From: Candidatus Eiseniibacteriota bacterium
GTDB taxonomy: Bacteria; Eisenbacteria; RBG-16-71-46; CAVPCR01
NCBI GenBank assembly: GCA_963702435.1
Contig: CAVPCR010000005.1
Coordinates: 474,688-538,687 of the forward strand
Reading direction: 5' to 3'
DNA length: 64,000 nt
The position numbers were made by a program, and so were the translations under genes. Numbering within the stretch: the stretch's first letter is position 1; every line of letters begins with the position of its first letter. Below the pieces are notes generated by a model that did no database searches, was not told the origin of the DNA, and saw nothing but the letters and a program-made list of their open reading frames with translations. Shown here piece after piece: positions 1-9,919 of this stretch.

Positions 1-2
1 AG

Positions 3-371
3 GTCCTGCCGATCCTCGACCGCGAGGGCTTCCGCATGAACATCTACGTGGTGACGAGCCCCGGGCTCTTCGATCTCCTGCCCGCGGCCGAGCGCGAGCG
101 CATCTTCCCGGACGCCCGCGCCCGCGAGGCGATGGGCATCACCGGCTTCACCATGGCGACCATGTATCGCTGGGTGACGTCGGCGGAGGGGCGCGCGTTG
201 AGCCTCCACGCCTTCGCGAAGGGGCGCTACCCGGGGAGCGGCCAGGCGCACAAGGTGCTCGAGGAAGCCGGGCTCGACGGCGCGGCGCAGTTCGCAGCGG
301 TGCGCCGCTACATCCAGGAGTTCGCAGCGCGCGGCGAGCACGGCGCCAAGGTGGCGCTCGAAACAGCCTGA
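3..371 (+). CDS. 3' end of a transketolase-like (ThDP-enzyme C-terminal domain) protein; 5' part lies outside the window
   Basis: Frame 3 is open from base 3 (VLPILDREGFRMNIYVV...) to the stop at 369-371. The pattern VVTSPGLFD...ERE..FP...GITGF...FAKGRYPGSGQAHKVLEEAGLD resembles the last ~120 aa of transketolase-family proteins. The family call rests on pattern memory only. Confidence 0.4.
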   Translation, partial: VLPILDREGFRMNIYVVTSPGLFDLLPAAERERIFPDARAREAMGITGFTMATMYRWVTSAEGRALSLHAFAKGRYPGSGQAHKVLEEAGLDGAAQFAAVRRYIQEFAARGEHGAKVALETA

Positions 372-402
372 GAACCGACGGCTGACAGGCGGGCTGGTAC
401 GA

Positions 403-825
403 TCAGGGCACGAGCGGCGCACCCGGGCGCCGCCGTGCCATCTCGGCGAGCGTCATCTCGCCCAGGAAGTCGAGGTAGGCCGTGATCACCGGCTTCCAGC
501 GGTCATGCACGTGGCAGGGATTCTCATCCGAGCAGACGGCCTGGCCGAGGAAGCACTCGCGGCGGGTCGCCGTGCCGTCGAAGAGCTTCACCACGTCGAG
601 GAGCGTCACCGTCTCCGGATCGACCGCGAGCTCGAAGCCGCCGCTCGCCCCGCGCGCCGAGGCGAGGACGCGCGATCGGGCGAGGAGATGCAGGATCTTC
701 GACAGGTAGTTGGCCGGCACCGCGAGCTCCTTGGAGATCTCGCGGGCGAGGACACGGCGGCCGCTCCCGTTCGCCGCGATGTAGGCGAGGGCGCGGATCG
801 CGTATTCGGCGGTCTGCGATATCAT
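403..825 (-). CDS. Rrf2 family transcriptional regulator, probably Fe-S binding
   Basis: 140 aa from the ATG at 825. It has the N-terminal wHTH MISQTAEYAIRALAYIA...ANYLSKILHLLARSRVLASARGASGGFEL typical of IscR/NsrR/Rrf2. Three Cys are spaced C-x6-C-x5-C (CFLGQAVCSDENPC). The listed 278-aa ORF is an upstream over-extension. Confidence 0.85.
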   Translation of the reverse strand: MISQTAEYAIRALAYIAANGSGRRVLAREISKELAVPANYLSKILHLLARSRVLASARGASGGFELAVDPETVTLLDVVKLFDGTATRRECFLGQAVCSDENPCHVHDRWKPVITAYLDFLGEMTLAEMARRRPGAPLVP

Positions 826-903
826 CGGGGGACCACTCGCGGGCAAGGATGCCCAGGGACCGGGACCGATCGGTGGGCGCGGCGCAGCGCGACACGCCCC
901 CGA

Positions 904-923
904 GATTTCATCATCAGCAAATC
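904..923. promoter_or_regulatory. Candidate operator: inverted repeat GATTT-N10-AAATC in the divergent Rrf2/GT2 intergenic region
   Basis: This is the only AT-richer patch (gagatttcatcatcagcaaatcctaatgg) in the 127-bp gap between divergent starts 825 and 953. The 5-bp arms are perfectly complementary. Confidence 0.2.
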
Positions 924-952
924 CTAATGGGCCCCGCGCCGGGCTGTCAAGG

Positions 953-1987
953 ATGGCCGAACCCGACCCCAAACCCCATCCCGAGATCAGCATCCTGACC
1001 GCCGTCCGCGACGGCCTCCCCCATCTCGAGGAGGCAGTCGCCTCGATCCGCGTGCAGACGCATCGCGCCTGGGAGTGGCTCGTCGTCGACGACGGGTCGA
1101 CGGACGGCACCGCGGAACACCTCGACGCCTGGGCGCGGCGCGAGCCCCGCCTCCATGTCATCCACGCGCCGCCGCGCGGTCTCGTCGCGAGCTTGAACGC
1201 AGGCCTCGCCGCCTGCCGCGCGCCGCTCGTCGCGCGCATGGATGCCGACGACGTGGCGCGCCCCGAGCGGCTCGCCGTGCAGATCGCTTATCTCGCCGCG
1301 CACCCGGAAGTCGCCGCGGCCGACGGCCTGGTCGCCCTCTGCGGCGGCCGGCGGAACGCCGGGATGCGCGCCTACGTGGAATGGGTGAACGCGCACGCGA
1401 CAGCGGCCGCAATCGCCGAGGATGTCTTCGTCGAGAGCCCGCTCGTGCATCCCGCCGTCTGCTTCCGCGCCGCCGCGGTGCGGGCGGCGGGCGGCTATCG
1501 GGACGGCGATTTCCCGGAGGACTACGACCTCTGGCTCCGCCTCCACGCAGCCGGACATGCGCTCGGCAAGGCGCCGGCGGTGGTCCTCGACTGGCGCGAC
1601 CGCGCGGGCCGCCTGAGCCGCATCGATCCCCGCTACCGGCGCGCCGCGTTCACCGCGCTCAAGCAGGAGCATCTCGCGGCCCTCGATGGCGAGGCCATTC
1701 GCGGCGCGGGCCTCGCCCTCGCCGGCGCCGCGCCCTTCGCGCGCCCGTGGCGGCAGTGGCTCCGCCGGATCGGCGCGCGCCCCGAGTTCATCGCCGAGAT
1801 CGAGCCGCGGCGGATCGGCGAGCGCATCCTCGACGCGCCGGTCGTCCCGATTGCGGAGCTCCGCGTGCGGCCCTGGCGCTATCTCCTCGTCACGGTGACG
1901 GGGCGTGCCGCGCGCGCGTCGCTCCGCGCGCTCCTCGCCGAGTGGGACCTCGCCGCCGCGCCCGATCGCCGCATCCGCTACGTGTGA
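953..1987 (+). CDS. Family 2 glycosyltransferase
   Basis: 344-aa ORF with ISILTAVRDG..., WLVVDDGSTDGT and ARMDADD motifs characteristic of GT2 (GT-A fold, DxD). Confidence 0.85.
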   Translation: MAEPDPKPHPEISILTAVRDGLPHLEEAVASIRVQTHRAWEWLVVDDGSTDGTAEHLDAWARREPRLHVIHAPPRGLVASLNAGLAACRAPLVARMDADDVARPERLAVQIAYLAAHPEVAAADGLVALCGGRRNAGMRAYVEWVNAHATAAAIAEDVFVESPLVHPAVCFRAAAVRAAGGYRDGDFPEDYDLWLRLHAAGHALGKAPAVVLDWRDRAGRLSRIDPRYRRAAFTALKQEHLAALDGEAIRGAGLALAGAAPFARPWRQWLRRIGARPEFIAEIEPRRIGERILDAPVVPIAELRVRPWRYLLVTVTGRAARASLRALLAEWDLAAAPDRRIRYV

Positions 1988-1997
1988 ACGGTCACGC

Positions 1998-4877
1998 ATG
2001 AACGGGCGCGTGCCGCTTTCACCCGGCGACCGGCTCGTCTATCATGCCCACGAGATGAGCAACGGCGCCGATCGCACATCGCTCTCCGCGCCCGCCGGCG
2101 ATGCGCTCAACCCGGCGGCGGAGGCCGTACATTACAGCCGCCAGGTCGAGGAGATCTGCAGAGCCCTGGCCACGCAGCTCGACCGCGGGCTCCCGGCTGC
2201 GGAGGCCGCGCGCCGCCTTCTCGAGCACGGCGAGAATCGTCTCCCCGAGCCGGCCCGCGTCTCGGCGCTCCGCCTCCTCGCCAAGCAGTTCACCGACTTC
2301 ATGGTGCTCATCCTGATCGGCGCAACGTTGCTCTCGCTCGCCATGCGCGACTTCGTCGACGCCGCCGTCATCGGCGTCGTCGTCCTCGTCAACGCCGCGA
2401 TCGGCTTCATCCAGGAATACAAGGCCGAGCGCACGCTCGCCTCGCTCCGGGACATGGCCGGACCCGAGGCCCGCGTGCGCCGCGACGGGCAGGTGGACCT
2501 GATACCCGCGACCGCTCTCGTGCCGGGCGACGTCGTGTTCCTCGATGAAGGAAACCAGGTGCCGGCCGACATCCGGCTGGCCGAGGTGGTCGGGCTCGAG
2601 ATCGAGGAGTCGGTGCTGACCGGCGAGTCCCTCCCGGTCGAAAAGGGCGTACAGGTCATCTTGAGCAAGCGGGTGCCGCTCGGCGATCGGCGCAACATGG
2701 CCTTCATGGGCACGGTCGTCACCGCCGGCCGCGGCCTGGGGATCGTGGTCGCCACGGGTCGGGCGACCCAGATCGGCCGCATCGCCGACGCGCTCGCCGT
2801 GCCGCTCGAGAAGCCGACGCCGCTCCAGCAGAAGCTCGCCGCCCTCGGCCGCCTCCTCGTGGTCCTGAGCATCGCTCTCTGCGCCCTGATCGCGGCGATC
2901 GGGATCGCGCAGGGACGGGCCATGGGCGAGGTCATCATGACCGCGGTGAGCCTGGCGGTCGCCGTCATTCCCGAAGGCCTCGTCGCCGTCGTCACCATCA
3001 CCATGGCCGTCGGCGTGCAGCGGATGGCCCGCCGCGGCGCCATCGTGCGCCACCTGCCCGCGGTCGAGACGCTCGGCTCGGTGACCACCATCTGTTCGGA
3101 CAAGACCGGGACGCTCACCGAGGGACGCATGTCGGCGACCGATCTGTGGGTGGCCGAGCGCGCGATCTCCGTGACCGGGACCGGCTATCGGCCGCAGGGT
3201 GAGTTCCAGATCGACGGCCGGCCGCTCGCCGAACGCGGCCCCGCCCTCGAGCTCGCGCTCCTGACCGCCGCCCTCTGCAACAACGCCGTGCTGCAGGAGG
3301 ATCCGACCGCCGGCTGGGAAGCGGTGGGGGACACGACCGAGGCCGCGCTCCAGGTGCTCGCCTGGAAGGCGGGGATGGGCAAGCCGCAGCTCGCGGCAAC
3401 GCACGAGTTCCTGACCGAGCTTCCCTTCGACAGCCAGCGCCGGCGGATGAGCGTGATCTACGCGGCGCCGGATGAACGCGTGCTCGTGCTGACCAAGGGC
3501 GCGCCCGAGTCGATCCTCGCCGTCTGTGCAGACTGGCAGCTCGACGATCGGCGCGTGCCGCTCGACGCCGCGGCGCGCCGCCGGATCGATCGCGGCGAAC
3601 AGCGACGCTGGCCGGGCGCGGACTGCGGGTGCTCGGTCTCGCCTGGCGCACGATCGGCGAGTACGATCTCGATCTGGAACCCGAGGATGCCGAGCGGGAG
3701 ATGTCCTTCATCGGACTCGTGGGGCTGAGCGATCCGCCGCGCCCGGAGGCGGCGGCCTCGGTGGCGAGCGCTGCACGCGGCCGGCATCCGGGTCCACATG
3801 ATCACCGGGGACCATCGCGCCACCGCGGCCGCCATCGCCGCCGAGACCGGGATCCTGCCGTCCGCGCCGGAAGCAGCCGACATCGCCGCGGACATCGCCG
3901 GGGCGGGCGCCGTCATCGCCAACGAGCAGCTCGATGCGATGTCCGAGGAATCGCTCGCCGAACTCGCCGTCTTTCCTGCCGTCTTCGCCCGGGTGAGCCC
4001 CGAGAACAAGCTCAAGATCGTGCACGCGCTGAGGAGGCAGGGCCAGATCGTGGCGATGACCGGCGACGGGGTCAACGATGCGCCGGCGATCAAGTACGCC
4101 AATGTCGGCGTCGCCATGGGACGCACCGGCAGCGACGTGACGAAACAGGCTGCAGATCTGATCCTGACCGATGACAACTTCGCGACGATCGTCACCGCGG
4201 TCGAGGAAGGGCGGCGCATCCTCGACAACATCCAGAAGTTCATCATCTATCTGCTTTCGTGCAACATGGCCGAGATCCTGCTCATGCTGCTGACGATGGT
4301 CGCCGGCCTGCCGCTCCCACTCACCGCGATCCAGATCCTCTGGCTCAACCTGGTGACCGACACGCCGCCGGCCCTCGCGCTCGGCGTCGATCCGCCCGAG
4401 CGCGACATCATGCGCCGGCCGCCCCGCCCGCCGCGCGCGAGCCTGTTCCCCGCGCCGGCGATCGTGAGCGTCCTCTATCACGGTCTCGCCATGAGTCTCA
4501 TCACGCTCGGCATTTTCCTGAGCGACGCCGGCGGGACCGAGCACGACATGGCCCGGGCGCGCACCGAGGCCTTCGCCACGCTCGCCATGCTCCAGCTCGT
4601 GCATGCCTTCAATGCGCGCCACGCGACGCGCTCGATCCTGCGCACGGGCCTCGCCTCGAACCGGTGGCTCCTCGCCGGCGTGGCCCTCTCGACCGCGCTC
4701 CTCCTCCTCGGGATCTACGAGCCGTTCCTGAATCGCGTCTTCGGGCAGGAGGAGCTCACCGCCGCGAGCTGGCTCAAGGTGGCGGCCGGCCTCGCCGTCT
4801 TCATGATGCTGGCCGAGGCGTTCAAGCTGGCACGACGGCGCGTACTCGAGCGAGACGACGAAGCCCCGTCCGCATGA
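1998..4877 (+). pseudogene. Cation-transporting P-type ATPase (type II, Ca/Mg-like) interrupted by a compensated frameshift segment
   Basis: Motifs present: ICSDKTGTLT, MITGDH, TGDGVNDAPA and C-terminal TM helices. The reading frame leaves frame 0 near 3594-3608. The conserved block GLRVLGLAWR...FIGLVGLSDPPRPEA is read in another frame (ORF 3629..). Frame 0 resumes near 3767 (ALHAAGIRVHMITGDH). The start is ATG 1998 or ATG 2055 (MSNGADR...). Confidence 0.85.
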
Positions 4878-4896
4878 AAGGGATGAGGAGGGTGCC

Positions 4897-5364
4897 ATGG
4901 CCATCGCGGAGATCCTGAATGAGGAATCGATCCTCCTCGATCTCGACGTGAACGAGAAGGCCGCCGTGCTCGCGGCGCTCGTCGCCCGCGCCGCGGCGGG
5001 CGGTCGCCTCGCGGCGCCGGATGAGACCTCGCGCATCCTCGCCGAGCGCGAGGCGCGGCAGAGCACCCTCGTGATCCCCGGCCTGGCTCTCCCGCACGCG
5101 CGCGTCCCCGGACTCGACCGCAGTCTCTGCGTTTGGGCCCGCCTCGCCCATCCCATATCGTGGGACGAGGAGACGGGCGCCCGCGCGCAGTTCGTCGTCC
5201 TCCTCCTCTCCCCGGTCGCCGATCAGGGCGAGCACTTGCGACTTCTCGCCGCCCTCGCGCGGCTGCTCAAGGACCCGCGCACCTGGGAGTCGCTCGGGAC
5301 CGCGACGTCGCCCGCCGGTCTCCTGGCGACCGTGCGCCGCTTCGAGTCGGCCCGCGTCCTCTAG
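4897..5364 (+). CDS. PTS EIIA type-2 domain protein (PtsN / EIIA-Ntr-like)
   Basis: 155 aa with a GAGGAGG Shine-Dalgarno sequence 7 nt upstream. The N-terminus ILNEESILLDLD and the phospho-His context GLALPHARV are typical of the PTS_EIIA_2 fold. It starts 20 nt after the ATPase stop. Confidence 0.8.
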   Translation: MAIAEILNEESILLDLDVNEKAAVLAALVARAAAGGRLAAPDETSRILAEREARQSTLVIPGLALPHARVPGLDRSLCVWARLAHPISWDEETGARAQFVVLLLSPVADQGEHLRLLAALARLLKDPRTWESLGTATSPAGLLATVRRFESARVL

Positions 5365-5462
5365 TCGGTCGGGGCGGGCCCGGGAACGAAGACGCGGGCG
5401 AGGTCGACTCCGGCGCCGGAACGCCGGATCGATCCCCGCCCGCGAAGGGTGGGCGGAGCGGA

Positions 5463-5597
5463 CTAGCGGACCTGGACCTCGATCTCGGGGGCGGCCGCTG
5501 CGGGATCGAAGGCCACTTGCACCTCCGCACATGCGAAGGCCAGACCGGCGCTCAGGATGAGAGCGAGCACGGCCAGGACATACGTGCGTATGGTCAA
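5463..5597 (-). CDS. Small (44 aa) putative secreted/lipoprotein-like peptide
   Basis: TTG start preceded by GAGGAGGA at 7-nt spacing. It encodes (M)TIRTYVLAVLALILSAGLAFAC-AEVQVAFDPAAAAPEIEVQVR, a hydrophobic signal-like segment ending in Cys. It sits in an otherwise empty intergenic region. The rest of the 637-aa ORF 5463..7376 is an antisense artefact. Confidence 0.35.
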   Translation of the reverse strand: MTIRTYVLAVLALILSAGLAFACAEVQVAFDPAAAAPEIEVQVR

Positions 5598-5822
5598 AGC
5601 GGTTATCCTCCTCAGCCTGTCAGGTCGGGGATCCCCGCGCCGGGGCGGGACGGAAGGAGCAGCAGGCGGCCATCTTGCAAATGATAGGATAGCACGCCGA
5701 TGCGCCTTGGACCCGCCTATGTTCTGAACAGGAGAGCCGGCGCCGACTACCGGCCCGAACCCTGCTGCGCGTCGGAGTAGTGACCGGATGGTTTTCCTGG
5801 GCCCTCTGGAGAGACCCGCATC

Positions 5823-6545
5823 ATGACCGCCGAGTCCCGTCTCTACTTCCGCCAGCTCCTGTGCGGCCGCGAGGTCGCGCCCCGCGACCCGATCGCGGCA
5901 CAGATGCTCAACTTCGTCTATCTGATCGGGGACCGAGAGAAAGGCGAATGCCTGGCCGTCGACCCGGCCTGGGACGTGGACGGCCTCCTCGCCGTGGCGG
6001 AGGCCGACGGCATGCGCGTGACCGGAGCGCTCGCCACGCACTATCACCCCGATCACGTGGGCGGGGACATGTTCGGACACTCGATCGCCGGGCTCGCCCG
6101 TCTCGTCGAGCTGGCCCCCGTGCGCGCGCACGCGCACAAGAACGAGGTCGCCGGCATCCGCCAGGTGACCGGCCTCGGCGCCAGCGACATCGTGCCGCAC
6201 GAGGGCGGCGACGTGATCCAGATTGGGGACGTGGCGATCGAGCTCGTGCACACGCCGGGACACACGCCCGGGAGCCAGTGCTTCCTCGTCGGCGGGCGGC
6301 TCGTCGCCGGGGACACGCTCTTCGTCCAGGGCTGCGGGCGCGTCGATCTTCCGGGCGGGGATCCCGACGAGATGTATCGCACGCTCACCCAGCGCCTCGC
6401 CCGGCTGCCGGAGACGACCGTCCTCTATCCGGGCCACGACTACGGCCCCACCCCCACGTCCACGCTCGCCGACGAGCGGCGAGCGAACGCCTACCTGCGC
6501 GTGCGCTCGCTCGAGGACTGGCGGCGCTTCATGGGCGACTCCTAG
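5823..6545 (+). CDS. MBL-fold metallo-hydrolase (glyoxalase II / persulfide dioxygenase-like)
   Basis: 240 aa with an HYHPDHVGG (HxHxDH) metal motif, a later HTPGHTPG and a GDTLF block. Confidence 0.85.
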   Translation: MTAESRLYFRQLLCGREVAPRDPIAAQMLNFVYLIGDREKGECLAVDPAWDVDGLLAVAEADGMRVTGALATHYHPDHVGGDMFGHSIAGLARLVELAPVRAHAHKNEVAGIRQVTGLGASDIVPHEGGDVIQIGDVAIELVHTPGHTPGSQCFLVGGRLVAGDTLFVQGCGRVDLPGGDPDEMYRTLTQRLARLPETTVLYPGHDYGPTPTSTLADERRANAYLRVRSLEDWRRFMGDS

Positions 6546-6560
6546 GAAGGAGCGCAGCCG

Positions 6561-6998
6561 ATGCTCAAGATCCTCTTCCTGTGTACAGGAAACTCCTGCC
6601 GGAGCCAGATGGCGGAGGGCTTCGCCCGCCATCTGCGCGGAGCCGAGATCGATGCGTACTCGGCCGGCACCGCCCCGCACGGGCTCGACCCGCGCGCGGT
6701 CCGGGTCATGGCCGAGGCCGGCATCGACATCGCGGCACAGCGCTCGAAACACGTGGCCGAGCTCGCGAAGATCGCCTTCGACTGGGTCGTCACGGTGTGC
6801 GGGCATGCCGACGAGCAATGCCCGACCTTTCCCGGCTCGACCCGCATCGTGCACGCCGGCTTCGACGACCCGCCGGCGCTCGCCCGCGCCGCAGCGAGCG
6901 AGGAGGAGGCGCTCGCCTCCTACCGGCGGGTGCGCGAGGAGATCCGCGCCTTCATCGAGACCCTGCCGGGATCGCTGGCGTCCCGTTCCTACCGGTAG
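6561..6998 (+). CDS. arsC: Arsenate reductase, LMW-PTPase (thioredoxin-coupled) type
   Basis: MLKILFLCTGNSCRSQMAEG P-loop (CX5R) plus downstream Cys pair CGHADEQCP, as in the Bacillus/Staphylococcus-type ArsC family. Confidence 0.8.
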   Translation: MLKILFLCTGNSCRSQMAEGFARHLRGAEIDAYSAGTAPHGLDPRAVRVMAEAGIDIAAQRSKHVAELAKIAFDWVVTVCGHADEQCPTFPGSTRIVHAGFDDPPALARAAASEEEALASYRRVREEIRAFIETLPGSLASRSYR

Positions 6999-9919
6999 GC
7001 GAAGATCACCGCGTAGATGATCAGCCCGACCAGCGAGCAGGCCGATCGCAGAGCGCGGTGAACCCGAAGATCCGCCAGCTGCGCACGGTCTTCGGGTCGA
7101 GCGGCGGATCGACGAGGTGGCTCTCGAGCGTGCCCGCTGGCCACCAGCTCCGCGTACTCGCGCGGCCGGTCGATCTTGAACTCCTCGAGCGGCACGCGGC
7201 CGGTGAAGATGACCGGGTCCATGGGGAACTTCTCCGGGCGGAAGTGCGTGTTGAAGAAGTGGATGGTGAAGATGAAGCCGACCGCGAGCAGCGCCTCGTC
7301 GCTGTGGATGATGGTGGCCACGTTGAGCAGCCGAGCCCGGCAGGAAGCGGGTGAAGAACTCGGGGAACCAGAGCATGAGCCCGGTCGACGCCGATCATCG
7401 CCACGCCCCAGAAGACCGCGAAGTAGTCGAACTTCTCCCAGTAGGTCCAGCGGCCGTAGTCGGGCCGCGGGCCCCGGCCGAGGAACCACTTGAGCGAGCC
7501 GACGAACTCCCTGCAGGTCGGTCGAGGTTCGGCAGCATGCTGTTCGGGCCGAGCGACGAGCTTCTTCATGCCGCCCGCCTCGCACGCGCTTGCGCCGCAG
7601 CAGGTCCCAGATGTGGAGCCCGAAGTAGGCGAAGGTGATGACCGCGCAGACGCGGTGGATGAAGCCGGCGGTCTCGAAGCCGCCGAAGAGCCGCGCCAGG
7701 ACGCTGCGCCCAGCCGGTGTAGGAGAACTTGAGCGTCATCCCGGTCAGCGCCAGCCCGAGGAAGCTCACGATCACCATCAGGTGGAGCTTGCGTGTAGAA
7801 CGGCGTGAACCGGCGCACGTACGTCTGGCCGGGGCGCTGCGCGTCGGCCTGCTTGAGCTGCCGGCGGTACTGCAGCGAGCGCGGGAGCCAGGCGAGCGTG
7901 TGCAGCCCCGCGAAGGTGAAGCGTCCCGACCAGGAGCCCCGTCATCCCCCAGAAGGTGTAGAAGAGGACCGGGTACTTGCTTCGGGTCGTGGTGCGTGGC
8001 GTGGGTCAGGTAGCCGGCGAAGCGCCGGTTCGAGCCGGGGTGGCACTGCGCGCAGGTCTTCACGATGTTGCTCGCGGCTCAGGTGCGACTTCGGGTTCCA
8101 CGTCGGCAGGATGTCGTGCGCGCCGTGGCAGTCGTAGCACTTGGCGGTCTTCACGTAGCCGAGCTTCGAGACCTTGCCGTGGTAGGTGTCGAAGTAGCTC
8201 TCGGTGATCTCCTCGTGGCAGTCGCCGCACTGCGTCATGATCGTGAGCTTGAAGTCGGTCGCGGTCGGTGCGCTTGATCTCGTGCGCCGAGTGGCAGTCG
8301 CTGCAGTCGGGCAGCTTCTCCTTCGTCTTGGAGACCGCCGGCGAGTGGATGCTGCTCGTCGAACAGCTCGTAGATCCCGCGGTGGCACTGGGCGCAGGTC
8401 TTGGCGACGTTCGCCCGGTTGACGGTCGAGGCCGGATCGCTCGCCGGCAGCTCGCCGTGGGCCGTGTGGCAGTTGGCGCAGGTGGCGGTGACGGTCAGCC
8501 CGCTCTCGAGCAGCCCCTTGCCGTGGATCGACTCGGTGTAGTCTCGACCATCCCGGTCTCGGTGCCCGTGTAGCGGACGCGCCGCCTTCTCTCCCTTGCG
8601 GTGGCACTGGCCGCAGAGGGTCGGGATGTTGCGCGGCGAAGGTCGGCGACTCGGTGTCGCGCCTTGCCCGAGGACGCCGTGGGTGCCGTGGCAGTCCTTG
8701 CAGACCGGGGCGTCGGGGCTGCCCGTCGGCGGCGAGCTTGCCGTGGGTGCTGTCCGGTACTGCTCCACCACCTCGGCGTGGCAGATCGAGCAGTCCACCT
8801 CTCGGCGCACGGTCGCGCAGGGGCGCTCCAGCGACGGCGAGCACTCGGTGTGGCACTGGACGCAGGCCATCCGGGCGTGGCGCGAGTGCGGCCAGCTCGT
8901 CCGCGTCGACGTGGAGCTCGGCGCTCTGGCCATCCCGGCGGTCGACTTGAGGTCGGTCGCGGGCGTGGCAGCTCATGCAGTCCCGGTCGGCCATGCCCTG
9001 CGTGTAGAACACCTTGCGCACCTTGTGCGGCGAGTGGCAGTCGACGCAGGCCGGGATCATGTGGGGCTGCTTCTCCCACAGCTCGCCGCGGATCACCTTG
9101 CGGTGCACGCGCTCGATCTGGGCGTGGCACTTGGTGCAGGTCTTGGCGACCTGTCCGTGCGCGATCGAGGAGCGCGGATCGGTGTGCGGCAGCACGTGGT
9201 GCGCGGTGTGGCAGCTCGTGCAGACCGCGGTGACGATCAGCCCCTTCTTGAACAGCCCCTCGCCGTGGATCGACTCCGAGTAGTTCTCGAGGATGCTGTC
9301 CTGCGGGATCGAGTGCGTGAGCTGGACCGGCGAGCCTTCGCGGTGGCAGCGTGCCGCAGAGGAGCGGGATGTTCATGACGGCGGTCTGGGCGAGCGGGGT
9401 CGGACGGGCGGCGCACGATCGTGCGTCGCCGTGGCAGCTCTTGCAGGTGGGGGCGAGCGGATCGCCGCGCTGCCCGGCCTGACCGTGCAGGCTCTCGTCG
9501 TACTGGGTCTGGATCTCGTCGTGGCAGGTGCCGCAGTCGACCGGCGCGAGCTTCTCCGGGTGCGGCATCTCGACGCCGGCGAGGTCCATGTGGCAGTCGG
9601 TGCAGGCCACCCCCGCATGCGGCGAGGCGAGGAGCGCCGCGGCATCGAACTTGGGCGGCTCGCCGGGGACGCGCCGCCCCTGGCGTCCGGCCACGTGGCA
9701 ATCGACGCAGCCCTCGGCGCCCGGCGGCAAGGCCGCGCTCGGCGTCTGCGCGACGGCCGCGGCGGGACCCACCGCGAGGCGGCCCGTCGAGCCGCGGAGA
9801 TCGGAGATCGAGGGGCCCGCGACCAGAACCGCCACGAGGACAGCAATCCCCGCGGCCGGGAGGATCCAGAACCGCGACCACCCGCGGCTGCGCTTCACAT
9901 CAACCTCGGCGTGTCGCAT
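6989..9919 (-). pseudogene. ~970-aa multiheme cytochrome c (about 19 CXXCH) fused to a cytochrome-b-like membrane domain; broken by at least ~20 frame changes
   Basis: Start MRHAEVDVKRSRGWSRFWILPAAGIAVLV (ATG 9919, SD GAGGTGG). The protein can only be followed by hopping between ORFs 8495..10141, 7942..9195, 8235..8933, 7566..8063, 7021..7818, 6989..7585 and the N-terminus of 5463..7376. One switch is exact: an extra base at 9349 splits a heme motif (tgc ggc acg C tgc cac = CGT-CH). The C-terminal part (..FVGSLKWFLGRGPRPDYGRWTYWEKFDYFAVFWGVAMIG.., ..LLNVATIIHSDEALLAVGFIFTIHFFNTHFRPEKFPMDP..) parallels the b-domain of the intact paralog 9900-11978. Confidence 0.8.

Noticed and set aside
6989-9919. 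Programmed ribosomal frameshifting in the 19-heme gene
   Set aside because: More than 20 frame changes in both directions, with no slippery heptamers or conserved stimulatory structures, is incompatible with recoding. Indel errors or decay are the only sensible options.
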